Below, in pieces: positions 55,231 to 64,000 of a stretch of DNA of 64,000 bases. This DNA is from Amoebidium appalachense (Eukaryota; Protista; Ichthyosporea). Numbering within the stretch: the first letter of the stretch is position 1; every line of letters begins with the position of its first letter. The notes under the pieces were generated by a model. That model searched no databases. It saw only the letters and a program-made list of their open reading frames with translations, and had not been told where the DNA came from. The stretch lies in assembly GCA_963693365.1 (NCBI GenBank), contig CAVNZM010000008.1:1302001-1366000 (forward strand). The letters run 5' to 3'. The position numbers were made by a program, and so were the translations under genes.

Positions 55231-55735
55231 GTGCGTGTACGGGTGTGCATGTGTGTGTGTGATACAGGGTGCTGTTTCAAGAAGTCTGTGTGTGCATAAC
55301 GGTGTGCGCAATGGATTAACGCAACCGAATGCGTGTTCCAATCTGCATATACACGTGTGTGTACAGAGTTACTTGTGTTGTTTTGTGTGCTGGTGTGTGG
55401 GCCAGTGTGCGTGCACCACCAGGTGTGTGTGTGCGTGTGTGTTTGTGTGCGTGTGCGTGTGTGCTGCGGCTTTGCCATGGTGTGTGTGCCTTTGTGCCTG
55501 TGTGTGTTGTGCTGGTATTTCATGTGGCTGGAACTTGCCAGTCAGTGTCTTGATCTATGTGCACGCATATCCTCATCCAGGGACTTACCGACTTTACCAG
55601 AGGCGATACCCCCGGCTCTGCAGACACAACGGCCAAATACAGCGCCAGCCATGTTGCTAGCGTCAACACCCAGTGGACACGTGGCAGTCTCCTGTGCCCA
55701 AATATGGGGCTGAGTGGTGCAGTTGCGCCGTGCAT
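47869..55735 (-). CDS. Secreted S8A subtilisin/proteinase K-like serine protease with an I9-like propeptide and a Cys-rich C-terminal extension
   Basis: Exons 55735 (or 55765)-55589, 53520-53260, 52511/52514-52349, 51769-51644, 51153-51107, 50025-49703, 48869-48768, 48322-47869. Motifs [15 protein letters not shown] (Asp), [11 protein letters not shown] (His), VAAGN (oxyanion Asn), [21 protein letters not shown] (Ser). Confidence 0.92.
50638..50778 (-). mobile_element. A-tailed short dispersed repeat, copy 2 (in a subtilase intron)
   Basis: Reverse complement of 36984-37121, preceded by a T-run. Confidence 0.65.
52657..52903. repeat. Tandem ~105-bp intronic duplication (offset ~140 bp)
   Basis: CATTTACCTAGGTTAGGGAGCAAACC...GAAGGAGGAGAGA occurs at ~52657 and ~52797, each followed by a G-run. 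Confidence 0.85.
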
Positions 55736-56047
55736 TATGAATTGACGGCGGTTGAACCACCGCATCTTTCACACTCTACACCTCTAATATGTGTGGGGCG
55801 GAGACTTGTCTGCAGAGCCTAAAACAGCCAGCTTGCTTAGGTTGCCCACTTGCCCAGCCAATAAGCGACCAGCAAAGTTTAGTACACCAATCAGCATAGC
55901 CATAATTATTTTCACCAATCAGGTATTTGGAGCGATCGGTTGAGCAAATTCCGTGATCACTTCGAACGCGGGGGTGCCACGTGCACGGACAGCCATAGGC
56001 CCATTTTACCTGGGTTGAGGAGATGTGTGTGTGTGTGTGTGTGTGGT

Positions 56048-56090
<43 letters not shown>

Positions 56091-57603
56091 GGGGATGGGG
56101 GGGGGAGGGGGGGAGGGGGAGCGGGTAGCGGGGAGGAGGGGGGTGAATGTGAGCGTATGGCACTCGATGGGAATGAGTCTGCGTGTGACGGTGCGTGCAC
56201 GTGCCCGGGACGGTACACAATTTTTAACAAACCTAGGTATGTGCGCCTACCGCCGGGCTGTTCCTGTACCTGTCAAGGTGTAGCCTCTGCCAGCTAGCAT
56301 GATGATGACTGCGCATGCATGTGCGTGCGCGTCTGCAGGTTCAGCTTACAGTGTACTGAGTAAGAAGGCTAGTCGGCCGCCGTAGTACCCCTGCACTAGT
56401 AGTACGTATTGAATCTGCATTAGACTACCACATTGCTCGATAAACTTTATTGGGCACAACTTTTAAATTTTTAAAGGCACCCTTGAGAATACCCACTACT
56501 AGCCTTTATGAGACATCTTTTGCCCATGTGAGTGTTACACCTGTACCGGGTGACCATTGTCGCCAACTGCTGTGCCTGCATGCAGCGCCGAACGCAACGG
56601 GTAGGAACCAATCATCGAAGGCCAGCAATTATTGGCTAGCTACGCACCGGCTATTTGCAGGTGTGATGCTGATGGTCTCGAGCGGGATCATCGGCATGAC
56701 CGTACACGCAGTCACCGGTACCCACGGCCTGAAAGTATCGGTAAACTCTCTTCAGCTTAGTAGAAATAAGAATTAGCCCAAATATTAATGACAACTCGCC
56801 AAATTTATTACATTAGAGCCTTAAATTTGACAAGATATTTTATGTGAAAGCTACAAACCAACGAACCATCAAAGCTCAGCGTGCAGAAGCAGAAAGCACT
56901 GTATAGCGGCACACTAAGTCAACAACAGTTTAGCTGCATTCGATTAGAAATATTTAAGAATGTTAAACATTTTAAATAATTTAATTATTATGCCGCCGCA
57001 AAAGTGACCCCTGGAGCCTTGAAACAAGAGGATGATGGCCTTTTTGCCACTCAGAACTGAGGAGGGAAGGAGGTGACACACCTGTGTAGCAAGAACAAGT
57101 TTTTCCAGTGACTAAAACAAGCTACTAAAAACACCTAGCTAATTAGCTATGCATATAATTTTCAGTTATTTAGGCACGCATATTGCATCGTGAGTTACAT
57201 CCTAAAGCACAGCACCAACCATCTCGACAAAGCACTCATTTTAGCTACAGCATCTTGTTGGAACAACATCTAGCAAGTGACCAACTCAAGTTTCGGATAA
57301 TCAGTTGTAGCAGCGTTCTTTTATCGTTTATTAGAACGTAAACGCGGATTCAACGTTCAAAGCTGGGTGATTAGACGCGAATCTTACAACGGTGTTTGCA
57401 CGGTGTTCCAACAAGCCCACAACCACGAAAGCTTTCTGCGCCGACCTAAGTTACGGATCAGTTCCAAGTGCGAACGAAAACAGCCTTACCAAGGCTTTAT
57501 TGAAATTCTTCCTTCTTGCATTTATAGGCCGAGTAAACCACTGAGTGAGTGGGAAACAACATCATAACCCTTTTTTCCTGACCCGTTTTGGCTCGTTAAC
57601 AAA

Positions 57604-58401
57604 ATGGGTTTCGAGCTCTCAGATGGGAAGAAAGTGGCCCTGCTCAAAATAGCAGCAGCAAATTTAGCTATTGTGTCCGTAGCGATTACCATCGCGTCTC
57701 TTCTTCTTCCCAACTGGCTGCACAGCGACAGCCCAGTGGGTTCAGATCCAAAGATCGTCTACCACAACGAGTGGGGTGTTCTCTTGTCTGTGCGTTTCCA
57801 GAACACGAGTCTGCTCAACAACATAACGGTGGACCAGAACGGTGGCTATGGCAGTGGGTTTGCTGATTTCCCTTCGCCATTTTGGGCTGCCACCGGCTGT
57901 CTGCAGTGCAGTTCTGCAGCTTTCATGTTTTTTAGCCTCATCGCCATCTTTATCTCTCAGTAAGTGATTCCCATGTGGATATCCCTATTGTGTTTCAGGA
58001 TGGAGGTTGTGTTTTGGGTGTATGAGGCAAAGTTTCACTTACAGTTTGTGGTAGTTATCATGCCTGTGTATTATACAAATTCTCTCCTCGTTCTTATTTC
58101 TACAGGCGCTGTGCCCACGCCTTCAACTGGGTTTGTGCACGTGTGACCGCAGTGCCACTTTTCCAACTGTGTCCCCATTTGCCAATTTGCGCCTTAATGA
58201 ATCCACGGGCTTATGTGATAATAATTATCAGTTTAGTGTTATCATTGGGTTACTGTGAAAGTAATTTTTGGAAGGTAGGCGCACATATGCACGGCTGTAG
58301 GTTGAGGTATTTGTGTGTAAACAATCTGCCACTTCTGATAAGTTTGAAAGTGCTGGGAATGTTACAGTACGAAAGGATATTAGGGGGGAGGAGGAGGGGG
58401 T

Positions 58402-58432
<31 letters not shown>

Positions 58433-59144
58433 GGGAGGGGGGGACAGAGGGAGGAGCGAAGGCAGGGAGGAAGGGATGAGGGGAATCGAATACATCGAAT
58501 GAGATGAAGGGAGTGGGGTGGGATGGATGGGTGTTGCACTTGAAAGCTTTGCAAGCAAGAAGTTAAAATGCCCTACAGACACAACGTATGGGATACTGAA
58601 TGTGCGAGAGGGGGAGGGGGGGAGGGTTAAAGTCACGAACTTGAAGGTGAAGAGGGAGCTGAAGAGATTGGTGGGAAGATCAGAACGAGACAAGGAGGAG
58701 GATGGGGGCCAATGCTGAGACAACATGACCGCATAACTTTTTATCCCCTTTTTAGGCATTGCGCCGCTTATTAACCACCACACCTTCCACAGCTTCAAGA
58801 AGCCCGTTGTGTTCCAGGCACACGTGTTCACCATCGGGGGCCTACTGACGGGGGTGGCGGCTGTGGTGCTGTTTGCTGCCGGGCTGGACGGCACATACAC
58901 AGCCGTTGGCTCCCAGCCCATCCCGGGCCAGAACAAAACACAAGAGGTGATGGTGCCTATGGTGGTGTGTGTGGACGGCAAGAAATTCAATATGGGCGGG
59001 TGCAGTATTGGCCTAGGCTACATACTGGCAATAGTGGGTGTGGGGTGTATCCTAATGGCTGTGCCTGCCTTGGCTGGGGCTAGTGCGATTGAGAAAGGGG
59101 AGGAAAGTAGTAAGGACAGGAGCAAGTACCGCGGGTATGCGTGA
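57604..59144 (+). CDS. Four-TM claudin/PMP22-superfamily protein, LHFPL (TMHS)-like
   Basis: Exons 57604-57959, 58106-58130, 58818-59144 join in frame. Four hydrophobic helices; 'PNWL', 'FADFPSPFWAA' and 'C..GKKFNMGGCSIGLGYILAIVG' resemble LHFPL loop motifs. Confidence 0.7.
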
Positions 59145-59508
59145 ATTAAATTGGTGATAACTTAGTAAATGATGATTTGGTTAGATTATGTTTCTGCAGC
59201 CCATCACAGTATGTTTTGATTGCCTGCGGCACGCTGTTATTGATCAGACAAAGTTTAGTTGACAATATTTTTTTTTGGAGGCCAATGATCCCCATATACG
59301 GGTTGCTTCTTGCCCGAATATTGGAATGTGACTATGTTTTTTTTGCACGTCAAACGCTTGAACCACACAGGTTATGTGGTCAATATTATCGATATCCGTG
59401 TCTAAAAATTGACGAAAACAATTATGGCAACGTTCAAACCATGCATAATGCTTCCTTTTCAGGCTAAGAAAAATTCTCCACGCCGTACCCGGACACCCCC
59501 CTGGGTAG

Positions 59509-59856
59509 CGACGGGGGAGCTTCCTAGAAGCCCCGTCTCCTAAGTTCCTAGCTATATTTTTCTTGCTTTTGCTTACTGCTGCAACTTTAGCCCCCGGCCT
59601 TTCCCACTGCCCTTGCCTGCATAAGCAACCCTGCTCGTCTCTGATCAAGACGGGTGACCTACCCATGTTCAAGTGAAACAGTATCTGAGTTGGGTTTCGT
59701 TAACGAGGTGAATAGGTCGAAACTCGGGTACTGTGGATGACGTGGGCCCCCCCTGAGGATGGGCTCTGCTTATTATGCATACTTTATGTATGGCTTGCAT
59801 TCTGCTTCGTGTTATCCGTTTGTTCTTGTGTACTTCGTACTTTTTGACACATTCAA
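59509..59856 (+). mobile_element. Dispersed structured repeat, subfamily A copy 2
   Basis: Near-identical to 11172-11521; ends CATTCAA plus a C-run. Confidence 0.8.
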
Positions 59857-60665
59857 CCCCCCCCCCCCCCCCCCCTCCCTCCCCCCCTCCCCCCCCCCCC
59901 CCTTCTCTCTCTCTCTCTCCCCCCCCCCCCCCCCTTCCCCCCGTTTTTCCTTACCCGGCGGCCGTGCCCGAACCCGTGACTCGTGATGGTGAACTCTGTG
60001 TATACAAATGCTTTGTGTTCGAAGCAATTTGTTCTTTGGGTGCTCAGTACATAATCGTACATAAAATACAACATATGCATGCACACCACCACCGGGTGAC
60101 CGGTGCCACCACCACCAGCAGCTACGTAGAGCAGCAGCCATTTCAAAGCTTTCTTGGCACAGAGTTCTTCAAGGTCATTACACTATTGGTTTTTGCCGTG
60201 CATACCCCACAAACCCCCCCCCCCCCCCCCCCCCCCTCCCCCACCTCCCCGTCGGCGCGTGTCTTGACCCGTACCTCCCTCCCTGCGCACTCACCCATAT
60301 ACCTCTAAGGGTGTGCATGAATTATTGTTTTGTCTCTCGCATACAGCCCTCCCACTGCACTTTTGTCCGTTGTATGTTTTTGCCAGGCTATCGGTGCCAC
60401 CATGCAACCTACAGAAAAGAAGGGCAACGGTTGGCCATGGCAGCAATGGCAATCATGGCGATGGCAATCATCGGCGAGTGCCGTGCAAGAAAAACAAATG
60501 CATGTTGACAAATGGCTTTGCATTTGCCCCATACAACCACAGCACTCTACTATGCATAGGGCTTTAGCAGCCCGTTGCAGTCAGAGCGTGCCACGTGCTC
60601 ATGGCGTCTCCCAAGAAACATAAGAATGAATTTGCCTGTCGGATCAACTCGGGCAAACCGTACCT

Positions 60666-60702
60666 ATGACGTCACAGAAGCCATGACGTCACGTTTGCGC
60701 AA
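60666..60702 (+). promoter_or_regulatory. Putative bZIP site cluster: two TGACGTCA (CRE) and one TTGCGCAA (C/EBP-type)
   Basis: TGACGTCA at 60667-60674 and 60684-60691, TTGCGCAA at 60695-60702, upstream of CSTF1. A candidate 5'UTR donor lies near 60896 and an acceptor near 62397. Confidence 0.45.
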
Positions 60703-61289
60703 TCAACCCTTCAAATGAGATGGCCGGCGCACTGTACACTCTCAGTTGATCAGTCGTGTGCACGGTGAACTTATGTTCAGTCAATCCATGGCATGGGGCA
60801 AGGTGCACTAGTAGTTAGTTGTAGATTAGTCACGAAACTCAGCGTGCAACCAGCAATAACAGGAAAGGGGCTTACGCACTTGCGTAGCGAGGCAAGTGAG
60901 ACTTGGAGTGTTAAGACTTGAGCTGAGCACCCCTATTTGTGTTTGTCAAGTTGCCGCTCACACCACAACCCCCTCCCCCCTCCCCCCTCCCCCCTCCCCC
61001 CTCCCCCCTCCCCCTCCCCCTCCCCCTCCCCCCTCTCCCCCCCCCCCCCCCCCACCTTTGTTCCGTGGTCACCCCTTCATCAAGAATCTTTATAGGACTG
61101 ACAACTGTGAAGCAACATGGACACAGCTTCATAAACAGGGGCCTACTTCTTCCCCTCCCTTTCTCTGCTTCACCATCTCCCCTGTCGCGCACACACACAA
61201 CATCTCTCCGTGTGTTTCCTTCTCTTTCCACCTCTCCCCTCCCTCCTCTCACTCACTCTCACTCACTCACTCACACACACACACACACA

Positions 61290-61369
<80 letters not shown>

Positions 61370-62316
61370 CTCTCCCTCTTCTCCCCACCCCTCCCCCCCA
61401 TGCCCCCTCCCCTCTTTCCCCGCCCCCGTCTCACAGTCTAGAACATCTTATTTCTTTCTATGCAGAGGCATCAAACTGGATCTCTGTTCCTTCTCCTGCC
61501 TTTCTCTCTCTCTCGCTATCTCACGCATAATCCCCCCCCCCCCCCCCCCCCCCCCCCTGTCTCCCCCCCCCTCCCCTCCTCCCCCCCCCCCAAAAAAAAA
61601 ACCAAAAAAAAAAACTCAACTGAAAAAAAAAAAACTCAACGTTGCCCCGTCCCAGTCCTCCACATCCCCTACATTCGTCCTCTCCGTGCAACTCTTTTAA
61701 CTTTTTTCCAATCTGTCCCCTCCTTTTTCCTCGCACACAGTCCCCATTCAACTCCGCTCTCCTTACAACCTCTTTGCTTTTCCTTCTTTGCTCCTGGCTC
61801 CTCACCTTCCACTGTAAACACAGCCAAAATTTTGCCAGACTGGTTTGATTCATCAGTGTGAGACTTCTTGAACGAGAGATGGGATCAGCGGGCCAATGTT
61901 GCATTTTACCCCGTTCTCCCTTTCGAGGCTTTGACTCAGATAGCTGGCCACAGACGCTTTGCTCTGGCACCTAGACGCTGGGTATGCAATACTCGCATAG
62001 CTAGAAAGTATGTGTGTGCACACGGAACTGGGGCACAGATGTACACAGAAACACATTTCATAAACACACGTGCACGCCCAGGCATGCATGTTCGCCCACA
62101 GGCACAAGCTCTTGCACTCCCCTTACTAACGCACACACGCACACACAAACACACACACACACACTCACACACACACACACACGCGCGCGCATACACACAC
62201 ACACACTCTCTCTCTCTTCCCCCCCCCACCTCCCCCTCTCTCTCTTACACACACAAAACCGAGACACAGAGACACAACACCCCTACTACCCCCCCCCTTC
62301 CCCCTCCCCCCCCCCC

Positions 62317-62351
<35 letters not shown>

Positions 62352-62408
62352 ACACACACACACATACACTGATCTCACCCACCCATGTTCCACACAGCCC
62401 ATGTCCAA

Positions 62409-62581
62409 ATGGCGTTCCAAGTCACCCGTGACCGTGAGGAGCTCTATCGTCTGATAGTTGGCCAGTTAAGGTTTGATGGTCTGGAGGCGGTGGCTGGGGC
62501 GCTAGCAAAGGCCATCCACCCAAACTTTAGCGCTGTGCCGTCACCAAGGTTGGCTGCTTTGATACAGCAGGCACTACTAAG
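62409..62581 (+). CDS. CSTF1: Cleavage stimulation factor 50-kDa subunit, first coding exon (N-terminal homodimerisation domain); 3'-partial
   Basis: MAFQVTRDREELYRLIVGQLRFDGLEAVAGALAKAIHPNFSAVPSPRLAALIQQAL matches the CstF-50 N-terminal pattern (DR..LY.LI..QL.YDG...IA..L.......PS..L..L). GT donor at 62582. Confidence 0.82.
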
Positions 62582-62664
62582 GTGGGTGCGTGGGGAAGGG
62601 GGGAAGGGGGGGAGGGGGGTGGAGGGTGTGGAGGGGGGAGGGGGGGGGGGGGAGGGGGGGGGGG

Positions 62665-62695
<31 letters not shown>

Positions 62696-63928
62696 AGGAG
62701 GGAGGGGGGAATGGTGGTTGGGGTGGATAATAGTTGGGGTTGGATGGGGAGCTGGGGGTAAGATGAGGTGGTGTGTGTGTGTTTGGTGTTGATGTTTGAG
62801 GTGTGGGTGGGGAGAGAGGGGGGGGGAGGGGGGGAGGAAAGGAGGGGAAGAGGGGAATAGAGCGGGGTGTGGGGATTGGGGTAGGGTGGTTGTCTTTTTT
62901 CTTATGTTCTGAATTTTTATTTGTTGTTAGGGATGGGGGGTGTTGTGAGGGGGGAGGGGAGGGAGGGGAGGAGGGAGGAGGAGGAGAGAAGGGATGATAG
63001 ATCTAGAGGTACTGTAGGGGATTTGCATGCAATGATGCGGTATTTGCCTCATAGCCTCGTGTTTCTTCAACCCATTTGCCCCTTAGTCGTTACTAATCAT
63101 GCTTATTGAGGATTGCCTGTGTTTTCCTTTCTCTCTTCTTTTTTTGGGCGCAGGTTTTTCTTTCTTCTTCGTTTCTTTCCTTCGATCTTTCTTCTTCTTC
63201 TATTCATAAACATCGTTGTCTTCTTCTTTTTCTTTTTCTATCCCTCTCTCTATCCTCTTTCTTTAATGTGTGTGTGTGTGTGTGTGTGTGTGGTGGGGAG
63301 GTGGGGGAAGGGGGGGGGGGGGGGGGGGGGGGGGGTGTCTGTGTGTGTGGAGGGGGAAGGGGAGGGGGGGGAGAGTTGGCCGTAAGCTCGTTCTTTCTTT
63401 TTCCGGCTTGGAGTAGCAAAGGAGCATCCACAAGAATAATGTGTAGTTTACTGAAGGAAAACAAGTGTGGGTTTGTAGGCCATAGAGATTGGGATACGGT
63501 GGGGGTTACAATCAGAGAGGGGGGGGGGGGGGGGGTTGAGAGGTCTGAGTGTGGGCATGCTGAGGTGAATGGTGTATTGGGGGGGAGACAGGGGGGACGA
63601 TGGAGGGGCAACAGGGAGGGGGGGGGGGGGGGGGGGGGGATGGGCAGGGAGGGAGACGGGGGGTGGGTATAGGGGTGCATGTATGGGTGACTCGTACATC
63701 GGTGGGGTTTTTTATGTGTTTTTGCTTTGGGGGTTTTTACTGTATTTGCTCCATGTTTCCCACCTTCTAATGTGTCCCCCCCCCCCCCCCCCCCCCCCCC
63801 CAAACACACACACACACACACCTTCCCTCCCCTGAGAATGGGCTCTTCCTATGATGCATACGTATGCTCTTTTCTGCACATATCCACTTTGTCATTGCAG
63901 TTATGAACGTGTGCATGTAAGCCATCTT

Positions 63929-63960
<32 letters not shown>

Positions 63961-64000
63961 ACCCTTTTTTTTCTCCCCCCCCCCCCCCCCCCCCCCCCCC

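Overview
Eukaryotic, intron-rich, microsatellite- and G/C-run-rich genomic DNA. The gene content (CstF-50, LHFPL-like tetraspan, Popeye domain, a minor-spliceosome intron) suggests a unicellular opisthokont/holozoan; this is inference. Hand-spliced gene models: VAC14 (+, 5' end outside the window, with an AT-AC U12 intron and a 17-nt microexon); a Popeye/cNMP-binding membrane protein with a mitochondrial-like presequence (-); a ~27 kb secreted-protein island with four intronless Thr/Ala/Val-rich paralogues (two frameshifted), a 4x CX3C small secreted protein and an S8 subtilase with a Cys-rich tail; an LHFPL-like tetraspan; and the first coding exon of CSTF1. Non-coding content includes an 85-bp satellite, several minisatellites, a TTAA-flanked fold-back element, a hAT-type MITE with a perfect 8-bp TSD, an A-tailed short repeat, and a dispersed repeat whose two subfamilies keep the same base-paired structure through compensatory changes. 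Most long ORFs in the supplied track are simple-repeat artefacts.
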